A stretch of 64,000 nt of DNA from an uncultured delta proteobacterium (GCA_963745035.1 CAVUVW010000004.1:1-64000); one strand, 5' to 3'; counted from the stretch's first letter, positions 1 through 11,913 are shown. Made by a program: numbers and translations. Notes: generated by a model from the letters alone, not told the origin.

Positions 1-205
1 ATTTTGACGACAAGCAAGATAACTATCATAGCGATAAGCTGCCAGTAACTTTATGCCGACTGGCCAAGACCTATCGACGACAGGATCTATCATTCCCAAT
101 TTCTAAATCGATGTGTGTGCAAATAAGTTGCGAATCTATCTAAACCTCGCTGACCAGAATTACTGGATTACATAACCTAGATCACGTTGAAGTCGCACGC
201 CGCAC

Positions 206-1039
206 ATGCACGCATATGCGCAAACTAATGTTCAGCTCTTCAATCAACTTCGGTCTGAAGGATACTCAGAGGAAGACCGGGAACTCGTCTTGAAGTATGA
301 GTTTGCGACGCTTCTTTTTACCGGTCTTTTCTTGCCTTCCGGCAAGGGATTCATAGAGCATTTGGTGGGCACCGCCAGTATACTTGCCTCCCTTCACGCG
401 CCTGTTGTAATCGTGGCGGCCGCTCTCATCCATGCTGCATATCTTCACGGTGATTTCGGCGGCGCGCAAAGGGTGTGCCGGAAGCCAAGCGTAAAAAGGT
501 CAGGGATGCGGTGGGGAGAATGTCGAGGATTACGTGCATAGATACGAGTTGCTCTGGTGGACCGAGCAAGGGATTCAAACGGCCACAAACATGCTGCTCA
601 TTTGGGTCCTGTCGACCGCCAGGTTCTCCTGATCCGCATTGCCAATGAGCTCGAGCATCAATTGGACTTAGGCAACTTTTATTACGCCGAAAGCGAGGTA
701 GAGCAAGAAACGTATCAACGACGTATGAAATCGTACGGGCCTACGTTGGTCAGCATCGCAGAACGGCTGGGCGCGCTTTCCTTGGCCGAAGAGATCGCAA
801 CGGTGTCCAAGAACATCGCCTCGACGCGGCTTCCTGTTGTTCCTTGGATTCGGAGCAAACAGCGACGTGCCTATCTCGTTCTTCCCAAGTCCTACCGTCG
901 CCGGTTTTGGATAACGCTTTCTACGAACGCTTCTGATGGCGTCCGATTCTGTCGCGAAGCCTCATACAGACTGCGTCGTGGAATCTCACGCCTGCCATAT
1001 CTTCTCCGAACAGCTTTCCACGGCGCTGGCAAACTCTGA
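206..1039 (+). CDS. HD-fold-like (DUF6817-like) protein, copy 1, frameshifted near 470-555
   Basis: ORF 206..541 begins MHAYAQTNVQLFNQLR and has SGKGFIEHLVGTASIL...AAALIH, resembling the RelA/SpoT HD_4 N-terminus. ORF 557..1039 (DRQVLLIRIANELEH) is collinear with the second copy. Confidence 0.65.
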
Positions 1040-1063
1040 ATTTCGCATCTCTTGGACGGACGT

Positions 1064-2772
1064 ATGCACTCGTATGCTCAGACAAACATCCAGCTGTTCA
1101 ACCAGCTTCGTCAAGACGGTTATTCGGACGCGGATCTGATCTTGGTGCGCAATGCTTATGAGTTGGCGATGGTCCTTTTTACCGGTCGTTTTCAGCCGTC
1201 GGGAAAATCCTTTATCGCCCACGTTGTAGGGACCGCCAGCATCCTCGCCTGGTTACGGTTGCCCGCGCCCGTCGTGGCCGCAGGCCTGCTGCATAACGTC
1301 TACGAGAACGGCGATTTCGGCGATGGCCGGTAAAGGCGCCACGAGGTCCCGACGCCGAAGGATCCGCGAGACTCTGGGCCCTGAAGTCGAAACTTACGTT
1401 TCTAGGTTTCCGGCGCTGTATTGGGAACGGGAGATAACACACGTTGCGCGCTACGATCCTGACAAGCTCAGCCCGATCGACCGCGCGGTTCTTTTGATTT
1501 TATTCGCCGATCATCTGGAGCATCTCGTCGATCGGGACATTCTCTATTATGAGGATGCGGCTGCTCGTTCTTATATAGATCACAGCAAAATCGCAGCGGA
1601 AATAGCTGAGAAGTTGGGTCTGTCCGGGTTCGCCACCAAACTAAGAGAAGCAGTGCGAGACACGCAATGCGCTGAGCTACCCGTGACGCGGCCCGAGCAC
1701 CGCGGCCGAAACGGGTCCGTTGTCATTGTCCCAAAGTCTTGCCGCAAGCGAATCTCCGTAGGGCTCCACGAAAACCTGATTGTTGCGGCGACCAAGACCC
1801 ACCGAAAGTTTCGGAGGGTAAAAAAAATCGCTCACGAGACCTTACGCAGTATAGTGAAAACGACTTTGGTCGCATCAAGTGGAAACGATGCCTTGGGCGG
1901 CGGGACTCTCGAAATAAAGTCGGAAGAATTCAAAAGTCTTTTTCCCAGCGGTGCACGTCTTGAATGTATCGCAAGTGGTTTCAAGTTTACTGAAGGTCCG
2001 GTCTGGATCGAAGAGGAACAGAGGCTCCTCTTCAGCGACATTCCCGCTAACCGCATTCATCGACTCGCCGCCGATGGCCGCGTCATGACATTCCGGGAGC
2101 CGAGCAGCAACTCCAACGGTTTAACACGAGATAAAAAAGGCCGACTCATTGCGTGCGAGCACGCCAGCCGGCGTGTTACGCAGACTGAGGCAAACGGTTC
2201 GATTACGGTCTTGGCGGAGACTTACCGCGGCAAGAGGCTGAACAGCCCTAACGATGCAGTCGTCAAATCCGATGGTTCCATCTACTTCACTGATCCCAAC
2301 TACGGCATTAACCCAGAAGAACAGCAACAGTCCGTTCAAGGAATGTATCGGTTGTCACCCGATGGAAACGAACTCACTCTCGTGGTCGATGATTTCGCCC
2401 GGCCCAACGGTCTCGCGTTTTCTCCTGACGAAAAAAAGCTTTACATCGATGATTCAGAGCGCAGGCATATTCGGGTATTCGATGTTCACGGTAACGGATC
2501 GCTTTCGGGAGGCTCGGTGTTTCGCGATATGAACGTCAAGTATTCCAGGTTCGCCCGATGGGATGAAAGTGGATGTCGAGGGTCGGGTCTATTGTACTGG
2601 TGCCGGGGGTATTTGGGTCTTCGACAGCACAAGTAAGCATTTGGGAACGATCATCACGCCGGAAAAGCCGTCGAATTGCGCTTGGGGGGACGACGACTGG
2701 CGCAGCTTGTACATCACGGCCGTTACCTCAGTCTACAAGATACGCGTTAACACACCAGGAATGAAAGTTTAG
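1064..2772 (+). CDS. HD-fold-like (DUF6817-like) domain fused to SMP-30/gluconolactonase/LRE beta-propeller, frameshifted near 1325 and 2545
   Basis: MHSYAQTNIQLFNQLR...HVVGTASIL...AAGLLHN at ATG 1064. C-terminal part has GFKFTEGPVW, LFSDIP, SNGL, LNSPND, YFTDP, PNGLAFSPD; ORF 2563..2772 completes it (MKVDVEGRVY...LYITA). Confidence 0.75.
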
Positions 2773-2841
2773 AAGTTCTAGAGCATGTCGCCAAACAATT
2801 GACTTTGCCAGAGCGCTACAGACTGCTTCTCGGAGTATGCA

Positions 2842-3780
2842 ATGAATAATATATCTTCTTCAAAAACGGCATTGTCAGACGCCTTATCTGTAATTTTACC
2901 TACCCCCGAAGACACCTTATTGCTGCGCGCCTGTCTTACCCCAGCAGAGTCCGGAAAGCTTGCATGCGAGGCTTGGTTCAAGGAACACCAAAATGGATTT
3001 AAGAAGGAAGCGACCAAAGCGTTTTTACCGCTTCTGCTTCGTGCGGTCCGAAAACACGCTGTCAGAGTAGACACGACTTTCCTTACCGTCTTACGAACTG
3101 CGACTGTGCGAGAGGAACTGCGAACCAACACTTACAAACGCATATGCCGCGATTTATTTTCCGCGCTTTCAAATCATAAAATTCCGACGATTGTGCTCGG
3201 AGGAGCTGCGCTCGCCGATACGGTCTATGCCCATCCTGCGCTACGGCACAGCCATGATATCGACGTTCTAATTCCGGAAACGCAATTCAGACGAACCGGC
3301 AGCCTACTCGCCTCGCTGCTATTCAAATCCGTCAAAGTGCCAAAAGCAGGTTCCCATCATTGGGATTTTAAGCATGCATCCCGCCTTCCTCTTCAATTGC
3401 ATAGCCGTCTATTTCAACTACCCTACTATACAGCACCCCTCGCAGAGATTTGGTCAAGGAGTCAGGATTTGCTAATTGCTGGCGCCCCCGTACGCATCCT
3501 TTCACCGGAAGATAGTCTTCTTTACGTATGTGGTCATGCGTCATATTCGAGCAGCCGTCATTCGCTTCGCTGGGTAAGCGACGCCTGGTTTATCATCGAT
3601 CGTTATCCGGATTTAGACTGGGATCTGCTGTTTGACTGCGCTCGTCGGAGCCGACTAGACCTACCTTTGTCGGTGATGCTTAGATATTTGGCAGAGGCTC
3701 TGGATGCGCGGATTCCTTCCACGCGTCTGGATCATCCGTCTCCATTGCAGCCAACAGCGGCACAATGGGACGGCAGATAA
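2842..3780 (+). CDS. Nucleotidyltransferase family protein (NTP_transf_5-like); C-terminus may be frameshifted to about 3985
   Basis: IVLGGAALADTVYAHPALRHSHDIDVLI, LQLHSRL and LRWVSD motifs typical of this family. Confidence 0.75.
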   Translation: MNNISSSKTALSDALSVILPTPEDTLLLRACLTPAESGKLACEAWFKEHQNGFKKEATKAFLPLLLRAVRKHAVRVDTTFLTVLRTATVREELRTNTYKRICRDLFSALSNHKIPTIVLGGAALADTVYAHPALRHSHDIDVLIPETQFRRTGSLLASLLFKSVKVPKAGSHHWDFKHASRLPLQLHSRLFQLPYYTAPLAEIWSRSQDLLIAGAPVRILSPEDSLLYVCGHASYSSSRHSLRWVSDAWFIIDRYPDLDWDLLFDCARRSRLDLPLSVMLRYLAEALDARIPSTRLDHPSPLQPTAAQWDGR

Positions 3781-4116
3781 TGCTAGGGGGAAAGCCTGTT
3801 GGCAGGTAACGAGCCTCAGGAATTGCTTCGCGGCTAGAAAACTAGCAAAAAGGAATTCCCGTGGAGTAGTTGTTTTTCTCATCGCCGTGATCTCTCTCCT
3901 TGGCGAGGTCCACTACCGCTGGGTTCCCGTCAATTACGGCTGCCTGCCGCTGCGCTATCTGGATCATCGACTATCTTACGCTTAAAGAGACTCATTCGAC
4001 GAGTGGTGGAGAAACATAACGTGGCACTACAAAGTCTTTCTCTCTCGTCGATATTTTTCATCAATCAAAGAACGTCGGACTTTACGCCGTAGATGAGACA
4101 GAAAAAAGGAGTGTTT

Positions 4117-5481
4117 ATGCTTCAAACCATAACACATCGTGCTGTGGTAAGCGTGCGGCCCGAACAGCAGAGGAATGCGGAAGGAGAGATCGAAGAACGG
4201 ATTCGTGACCGGTCCGCACAGCTTTGTGTTATTGGCTTGGGATACGTCGGCCTGCCGTTAGCCCTGGAGATGGCCAAGAAGGATTTCGGGTAACCGGCAT
4301 CGACATTGACAGCGCTAAAGTTGAATCCGTCAATTCCGGGCGTTCTTACGTCACGGATGTGGACAATGAATCACTGCTATCGACGATCGATAACGGGACT
4401 TTAAGAGCGACACAGTCATTTGCTGCTTTGGAGTCCGTGGATGCGATCAGCATATGTGTTCCCACGCCGCTGAGGAAAATCAAGGATCCAGATCTCTCTT
4501 ATATCATTGCTGCAGCCGAGGCGATTCACAATCATCTCGCGCCCGGCAAGTTGATTGTACTCGAAAGTACCACATATCCCGGAACTACCCGCGAGGTCGT
4601 GCTGCCTATATTGGAAAAATCCGGTCTTAAGGCCGGAATAGATTTTTTTCTTGCTTATTCACCTGAGCGAGTGGATCCCGGAAACAAAACGTTTACGACT
4701 CGAAATATTCCTAAAGTTATCGGGGGAATAACACCGCGATGCACTGAGATGGCGCACGCTTCTGTATCAACAGATTGTTGAACGCGCCGTTACGGTTTCA
4801 TCTCCCGAAGTCGGCGGAAATGGTGAAACTCTTGGAAAACACTTTTCGCAACGTCAATATTGCGCTGGCCAATGAAATGGCCAGAATGTGCCGGGGGTTC
4901 AACATCAATGTATGGGAAGTCATTGACGCAGCTCAAACCAAGCCGTTTGGATTTATGCCGTTTTACCCGGGACCCGGGTCTTGGCGGGCACTGTATTCCA
5001 GTTGATCCCTATTACCTAACCTGGAAAGCCAAAATGAACGGCTTTGAGCCGCGTTTGATTGAACTGGCGACGATCATAAATAGCCAAATGCCTGGATTCA
5101 CCGTCAGCCGCATCGCCGATGTTCTCAATGAGCAAAAAAAAAGCTTGAATGGATCGCGCATTCTTGCGATAGGTATTGCCTACAAAATTGATGTCGGTGA
5201 TACGCGAGAGTCGGCGGCACTTGAAGTCGTACACCTGCTAATCAAGGCAGGTGCAATCGTGTCGTATTCGGATCCTTACGTATTTAAAATTGAGGTGGGC
5301 GAAGAAATATTGACTTCGGCTGAACTCACACCTGAGCTACTGGGATCCATGGATTGCACTGTTATATTGACCGATCATTCTGCTTTTGATTATTCGATGA
5401 TCGCGGCTGGCCAGCTCGATTATACTTGATTGTCGAAATTCTCTAAGAGAGTTTTCAGGCTCGAATATTGTGTCGTTGTGA
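4117..5481 (+). CDS. UDP-glucose/GDP-mannose dehydrogenase family nucleotide-sugar dehydrogenase (WbpA-like), several frameshifts
   Basis: [72 protein letters not shown] across ORFs 4093..4293, 4224..4781, 4775..5005 and 4860..5429; AGGAG RBS before ATG 4117. Confidence 0.9.
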
Positions 5482-6364
5482 TAAGTACCGGCTGGTGGGC
5501 TTACCCTATTCTTGAATGAAGTGAAACTATTTGGAGTGCGGCGGGCGGAAGATCGCGAGTGACCAGATAACTTTGTGTCCAACGAGAGTTTCACTAGCAG
5601 GGACGTTCAGACACTTGCTGAAGAAACGATAAAGTTGTTACGAATAAACTTGGATGCCTTGTATACTATGCCAGGAGGACGACTACTCGGGACCGCAGTA
5701 GCCACGAAAGCCTGCCGGCACTTTCGTTCCGCCCAAGATATTGAGCCCGCTTATGCCGATTTGCGAAGACCTCATGCGCGAGGGCATGCGTTACGTAGCA
5801 GAAACGGAAAGCGAACTTCGCGGCAGAGATTAATAACGAGGACATTTTGAACGATTTGTCAGACGAAACAAGCCGTTCGCATGTGCAGATCATTTTGATG
5901 TCTGGGGCGGTACTGCGCTAACGAGATATCTTGAGATGATCTCCGTTACGGTTACGGCAATTCTACTCAAGCAGGGAATGCGAAATTTCTGCGGGAAAGA
6001 AGTACGCAGCGACTCACCGGTTAAAAAGAACTTTACAAATCCTTATCAGTTAGTCGTCGTTTCAAAATATATAGTCGTTCAAAAATTGTTTGCGAGCAAC
6101 TGCCACCTTATCATCTCTTAGCAATACACTGCTTTACTAAACAGAGACTGTTTCCATCTATAGATATTCGACTTACTTGGTGAGATCCATCGTTCGATCC
6201 ATTTTTGTGCCAAATGAGGGACAAACAATTCTCAAAGAATTTCCTTTGTTTCCGTTTTGGGACGCATTTTTTTCAAATTTACATAATAGGGCATTGACTT
6301 GATTAGTGTTCGTTAATATGTGTAGTGGAAAAGGATTTTTTAGGTAAGTTCCAAGGAATCGAGG

Positions 6365-7206
6365 ATGGTACATTGCCACGATAAAAGAAATATCTCGCAT
6401 GTTTTAGCCAATGACAGTCAACTTGTGGCAGCCCGGGCCTTTTGTGAACTGATTCCGGGAGCTGCTTCGTTGTGGAGCCGTAATCGATCTTTTTGCGTCT
6501 TGAATGAGTCCGCTACGCGGCTGAGCAATTATTCAGAGTCAGAGTTTGTGCGTTGTCCTTCTCTTTGGCTGGAGCGAATACATGCAGACGATCGAGCAAA
6601 CTTTTTGCAGTCTATTGAAGAACTAGGCAAAAGGAAGTCAACAGCGCAGTGTGATTATCGATTTTTTCCCCGAGGCGCGCACAGACCCACTTGGATTCGA
6701 GAAAATTCCCTGCTTGCGAGGAGATCGCATAGGAAACGCATTGGAGGTTATCAGCATCTACACAGATATTTCCGACCTGAAATCGGACCGCAGTGTTCCG
6801 TCTAAAAAAGATTCGACCGCCGAGATAGTAAAATCGTTGCTTCACGAGTTTCAGAACCGAATACAAAAGATTACGATGGAGCTCGAGCTGGCACAAATGG
6901 ATTCTAAAAATCAACTGAATGTGGTTGACGTTGTTAATCCAATCAAGCATTCGTTGCAGGATATAGGAGATCAGCTTGCTGGCATGCGGGAGGGTGGCAT
7001 GCTTCAAGATCTCTACACGATTAATTCTCAATCATGTAATGCAGAGGATGCGAAAGGAGCTAAATCGCCAAGAAGTTAACCTGAAGCTCGTGCGCCGGGA
7101 ACCGTTGCCGATGGTGCAGGGAACAAGGACCAACTCTGTGCCGCATTCGAACAGGTGTTGGGGTGTTGCGGCTCGATGCTTAAAGGGAAAGTGCCAATCG
7201 CCGTAA
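6365..7206 (+). pseudogene. PAS-domain sensor / degenerate histidine kinase-like gene, fragmented
   Basis: PAS_3-like WLERIHADDR...DYRF...WIRE in 6365..6805, H-box-like LLHEFQN in 6651..7079, LPMVQG in 6976..7206; no intact G boxes seen; lies upstream of an NtrC-type regulator. Confidence 0.5.
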
Positions 7207-7366
7207 AGTCACTGTTCTCATCAAGGCGTCGCCGGCGTAAGCGCGTTAATTCGTTGATCTCCAGACGTTGGCTCTGCGGCTCCGCTGGAGGACTATGACG
7301 ACTTATTATATAGAGATTTAACTATGACAACGAACCCGCCCAGTAGATGTACTTAGAAAGAAGGAG

Positions 7367-8896
7367 GTGGCACAAGTGCCGACCTCAGACACGCCTAAAC
7401 TCTCCGGGGATCGCATTTTAGTGGTGGATGACGATCCTATGATCTGTGAACAATTAGAACGGCTATTCATTCACGAAGGTCATCACGTCACACTCGCAAC
7501 AAACGTCGAGCAAGCAAAGCAAGCTCTAGAAAATGAAGATATTGATCTGGTGATTACGGATATTCGGCTTGAAGGAATTTGTGACGGAGTTGAATTGACC
7601 AAAATCATCGCGGAACGGTGGAGCGATATACCGGTGATCGTCATAACGGGATACGCGGACATTCAGACTGCGGTCGAAGTTCTTAAAATCGGGGCCACTG
7701 ACTATCTTGTGAAGCCTTTGAGTGTGGCCGCAATTCAAGAGTCCATCCGGGCGGGATTGCAAAAGGCCAGCCTTTTTACTGAATTTCGCAGGCTAAGACG
7801 GCGACTTAAAGAAAATTGCGAATTCGGCGGCATACTAAGCCGTGCCCCTGAAATGCATCAGATCTTTGAGACTATCCGAATGGTTGCGCCCACGGACAGC
7901 ACTGTCGTCGTCGAAGGGGAAACAGGTACTGGAAAAGAGCTGGTAGCAGTCGCCATCCACCATCAAAGCCCGAGGCGAAATGGGCCTTTTGTCACAATTA
8001 ATTGCGGCGGCGTGCCTGAAGCGCTTCTCGAAAGCGAACTGTTCGGATACGAACGAGGCGCGTTCACCGGGGCAGATCAACCGAGAGCAGGAAAGATCGA
8101 ATTAGCGGACGGCGGCACGCTCTTCTTGGACGAAATAGAAAACATGCCGTTGACCATGCAAGCCAAGCTTTTGATTGCTCTCGAGAATAAAAAAGTCCAA
8201 CGGCTCGGCGGTAGTCGATGGACGCCGGTCAATATGCGTGTCATTGCTGCGAGCAATGTTCCCCTACAGGAGTTAATCGCAGAAGGCAAAATGCGAAAAG
8301 ACTTTTATTACCGGATCAGTGTGCTTTCGATACGTTTATTGCCTCTGCGAAAGCGCGTGCAAGATATTCCGCTTCTAGTGCAGGATTTTTTGCATCATCA
8401 TCCGGTTGCGGTGCAAAAGAAACTGACTGGCATTTCGGCATCAGCCCTTGATCAGTTAATGCAGTACTCTTGGCCGGGAAACGTCCGAGAGCTGCAAAAT
8501 GTACTCGAAAAGGCAGTGATCCTGACGAAATCCCGTACGTTGAACATTGCAGATCTCCAAATGGAGGGTATGAACTCAAGGGCAGACGCGCCGCTCGGCA
8601 ATCAGGAACTTTCGCTGGATCTTCCTTTGAATCAGTGGATTCGAGAACAGGAAAAAGCTTATCTTGTTCATAAGCTTAAGTTGTTCAGAGGGCGGATAGA
8701 TCTAACCGCAAAAGACTGTGGTGTGGATGTGCGAACGATCCACCGCAAGCTGCAAATTTACGGAATTGACAAAAAAGTCTTTGGCAAGCGCGCTGCAACG
8801 CGGCATTTCAACGCTCGAGTCGATCCACGAATTAACCAGAATTTTAAATATAGAAATTCACACGTCCTCCCTAGCACTGATCAACTCGCAGTTTAA
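7367..8896 (+). CDS. Sigma-54-dependent response regulator (NtrC/AtoC family: REC-AAA+-HTH)
   Basis: ILVVDDD receiver, GETGTGKE Walker [30 protein letters not shown]. Confidence 0.95.
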   Translation: MAQVPTSDTPKLSGDRILVVDDDPMICEQLERLFIHEGHHVTLATNVEQAKQALENEDIDLVITDIRLEGICDGVELTKIIAERWSDIPVIVITGYADIQTAVEVLKIGATDYLVKPLSVAAIQESIRAGLQKASLFTEFRRLRRRLKENCEFGGILSRAPEMHQIFETIRMVAPTDSTVVVEGETGTGKELVAVAIHHQSPRRNGPFVTINCGGVPEALLESELFGYERGAFTGADQPRAGKIELADGGTLFLDEIENMPLTMQAKLLIALENKKVQRLGGSRWTPVNMRVIAASNVPLQELIAEGKMRKDFYYRISVLSIRLLPLRKRVQDIPLLVQDFLHHHPVAVQKKLTGISASALDQLMQYSWPGNVRELQNVLEKAVILTKSRTLNIADLQMEGMNSRADAPLGNQELSLDLPLNQWIREQEKAYLVHKLKLFRGRIDLTAKDCGVDVRTIHRKLQIYGIDKKVFGKRAATRHFNARVDPRINQNFKYRNSHVLPSTDQLAV

Positions 8897-9803
8897 TAGA
8901 CTAAGTTTAGTTGTGTCACGTCGCACATCGCTCAGTTCTCACCACAAATTCTCCGCTGCTTAATCGCTCACCTTTATCAGCCGCACCCTTCTTTCTTTTC
9001 AGATAAACATCCGACGCTGACTCTTTGTCGGTGAACCTCCCTTGGTTTTTGTTCAGCATGGCCGCTGCTGCACGGCGGAGCTATGTCTTTGCGTCCCAAT
9101 TGTACCGGAATGCTGGCGACTGAGCGGAAACAAGCATCCGGCGCGCTGGAAAAATCTAAGCGGGTTGGAGTGGGATCCAATTCATACGAACAATTCAGCC
9201 ATGGCTAATGACTGGAACCCAAAGTTCGTTTTCAAAAACGAGCAACCGCCGCCAGAAGTTCGTCAGCCGTGTTGGTCCAGATGAATGGGTTCAAATGCTC
9301 ATTATGAACTGACGATAGAGTTCGAATCGTTTGTTTCAAGCTCGGGGTACTGCGGGGGCGGGGCCAGGCATTGGGAGCGGCTGATCGCCCTCGGAATCAG
9401 CTTTTGAGTGCTCTGCGAACTTTCGTATGGCTGTTCGTGTGCTGTTTGGATTCAAGTTCATGGCCTCAAACTCAAATATCATACGGCTATCGGATACTCG
9501 CGCTACCTCTCACCTGCTGATGCAAGTGGATTATCCGCACAGAGCAGGAGAGTGCTCCCGGACTGAACCAGTACGCGAATGCTTGGCATTACTTATAATA
9601 AGAGCGGCGCTTCGCAGAAGCGTGGCTAACCGATCCGCGGGGAGGTAATTTCTGCGCGCTGCGATTAGCTTGGCGCGAGCGAGAGGAAGTCCCCGTCTCT
9701 TAGTTCTCGGCAAGTCTCGCCCTATCCCAATCGGTAAAATTGCAAACAGAGTGTTATTGCGGGCGTGTGAATGCAGAATCAAACTTTTGAATTCTTGGAG
9801 CGG

Positions 9804-10001
9804 CTATTTACGTGACGATGGAGGACGCTTGATGTTGGAGCGTCTCATTAACCACTGTTCGATCATCTTCGACTTGAAACGCCATTGATTACCGACTTTG
9901 AATGCGGGTAATCCCTTGTGCGCTATCAACCTGTAAACAGTGAGTTTGTCTACGTTCAGATATTTTGCGACTTGTTCAAGGGTCAGCAATTGTTCCGGCA
10001 T
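9804..10001 (-). CDS. Small helix-turn-helix protein (excisionase-like HTH_17)
   Basis: LLTLEQVAKYLNVDKLTVYRLI...LPAFKVGNQWRF. Confidence 0.88.
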   Translation of the reverse strand: MPEQLLTLEQVAKYLNVDKLTVYRLIAHKGLPAFKVGNQWRFKSKMIEQWLMRRSNIKRPPSSRK

Positions 10002-10018
10002 ATGATCGAAGCCGCAGC

Positions 10019-10294
10019 TTACGCGGTCGGAAATGTCTCGATTGGTAATCGTGCCAAACGCAGTGCTTTATGTATGGACGCTGCGACCGTTGGGCAGTGT
10101 TCCGCGTACCGCAGTAGATTATGAGCTTCGCCGTCTTCGCAGCTAATAACTGCATTGCTACCGAAAAAGTTTATCGACGTGGCATCTTCGACAATGAATT
10201 TGGAACGCGATCCTGCAGGTATGGAGTGGTTAAGGCGTTGAAAGCCTTTGTTGTCGAGAAAAATGTTTATCGTCATTGCAACCGTTCCAATCAA
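10019..10294 (-). CDS. Hypothetical protein
   Basis: 91-aa ORF co-directional with, and 17 bp upstream of, the HTH gene; preceded by a sigma-54-like promoter. Confidence 0.5.
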   Translation of the reverse strand: MIGTVAMTINIFLDNKGFQRLNHSIPAGSRSKFIVEDATSINFFGSNAVISCEDGEAHNLLRYAEHCPTVAASIHKALRLARLPIETFPTA

Positions 10295-10357
10295 ATCAGA
10301 CTGTCGTTAGAAGCACCTTAAGAGGTGCCGGTTCCTAACCCAGCCGAGCGCTTCCTG

Positions 10358-10373
10358 AGCATGGATTGTGCCG
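10358..10373 (-). promoter_or_regulatory. Putative sigma-54 (-24/-12) promoter
   Basis: Minus strand CGGCACAATCCATGCT fits GG-N10-GC and the TGGCAC-N5-TTGC consensus, about 65 bp upstream of ORF 10294. Confidence 0.5.
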
Positions 10374-11122
10374 GTAGCTTCTGAGGAGTTCTGAGAACGT
10401 CTGAAAACTAAACTCTACGTGGCAACATGACAGCTTCGCCCGAGATCAAGTAGTCAGAATGAGAATCGGGCGGCATTCCTAGAACGGTGGCTAGGTAGAC
10501 TGGAGCTGCTCACCTTGGTATACGCAGCACCGCGGCACGCGCTTCGTGTAGATGAAGCCGATAACACCCTACCGAGCTTTGATTATGCCTGCCGGGCCAA
10601 AGCACGCCTCGTCCACAGCAGAGGTACTGACCGATATTTTACGTACCAACGAATTAGGGTGTTCGCACCCTTTGCTTTCCGCCGTAAAGAGAGTGGTATA
10701 GGAGCGGCGATTCGCTTTAAACAATGGGAGAGCGCACCATGAGGAGTTTCTGCAAAGTTTCTGGCGACCGTCACGTATCTGCTATGCTTGCCGTGAGCAT
10801 CATCTTCCCTGTGGACTCGCCCCGCTAAAGTATTAATCCGAGGGCATCGAGAAACACCCCGGCGCCCACTCCGGAGTAAGGCTCACTAAGATAGCCGGGG
10901 TTTCGCCAAGTTTCTTGCCTTGTACACGCAAGATATGCGTTTACTACCAATCACCCAACTGTCATCGTCAACTGTCACCGCACCAACGCAAATTAAAGTG
11001 TTCTGCATCATCCGATCGTTGTTGATAGAACTGATCGTTCGGTGTACATAATGCTGTCATTCCGATTACAGTGATGACCACGGGCTAGTGGATCGCTTAT
11101 TTATCAACCTCGAGGTGTATTT

Positions 11123-11770
11123 ATGGGGCCGCGAATCATAATCGTGGATGATCACGCTCTGCTCCGAGCCGGCGTTAAGTCGATGCTCGAACAGCAGGAT
11201 TATCGGGTCGTGGGCGAGGCGGGAGACGGTCGCCAGGGCGCGAAACTTATCGAAAAATTTAAACCCCACGCCGTGATCACCGACATCAGTATGCCGAACC
11301 GCAACGGGATCGAGTTTACCAAGCAGATACGTCGTGAATTTCCCGATGTGAAGGTGTTGGTTGTGTCCATGCACAATGAGACTCGGCTGATTATGGAATC
11401 GTTTGCGGCGGGAGCGTCCGGATATTTGCTCAAGGGTTCGGCGCTTCTGGAGGTCTGTACCGCATTAAGATCGATTCTGAGCGGACGGAAATACATTTCG
11501 CCGGACATCGCCGACGCTGTGCTGGGAAAAGCGCTCGCGCGGTGGTCGTCAGAGTCCCGATGCGATTTACCCCGAATATCGCTCCGAGAGCGGGAAGTCT
11601 TGCAGCTGGTCGCCGAGGGCAAGTCGACAAAAGAAATTGCGGCCAGTCTTTACGTCAGCATCAAAACGGTTGAGAGTCACCGCAGACAAATCATGAACCG
11701 ACTCAGCCTGAAGAGTATCGCTGAACTAACCAAATTCGCGATTCGGGAAGGAATCACATCACTCCAATAG
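11123..11770 (+). CDS. NarL/FixJ family response regulator (REC + LuxR HTH)
   Basis: IIIVDDHALLR, DISMP, SMH, GYLLK; SLREREVLQLVAEGKSTKEIA...KTVESHR. Confidence 0.95.
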   Translation: MGPRIIIVDDHALLRAGVKSMLEQQDYRVVGEAGDGRQGAKLIEKFKPHAVITDISMPNRNGIEFTKQIRREFPDVKVLVVSMHNETRLIMESFAAGASGYLLKGSALLEVCTALRSILSGRKYISPDIADAVLGKALARWSSESRCDLPRISLREREVLQLVAEGKSTKEIAASLYVSIKTVESHRRQIMNRLSLKSIAELTKFAIREGITSLQ

Positions 11771-11823
11771 AGCGCGCCGTCGTACGTCGCATGTTTTGCG
11801 ACTAGGCAGATTCGAACCCAAAT

Positions 11824-11838
11824 TCAGGGAATCCCTGA
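11824..11838. promoter_or_regulatory. Perfect 7-1-7 palindrome TCAGGGA-A-TCCCTGA, candidate NarL-family operator
   Basis: Intergenic between two NarL-type genes; related copies at 12631, 13667, 22122, 28084 and 35056. Confidence 0.55.
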
Positions 11839-11913
11839 TGGGGCTTAGATGCTCTTCATGTCATGACCATGCTTTGCAAGCGACAGTCGGGGCAACGGTA
11901 AGCTACGCTGAGC

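Noticed and set aside
9804-10001. Prophage or ICE excisionase marking a mobile element
   Set aside because: No integrase, tRNA, att repeats or phage genes are visible in the window.
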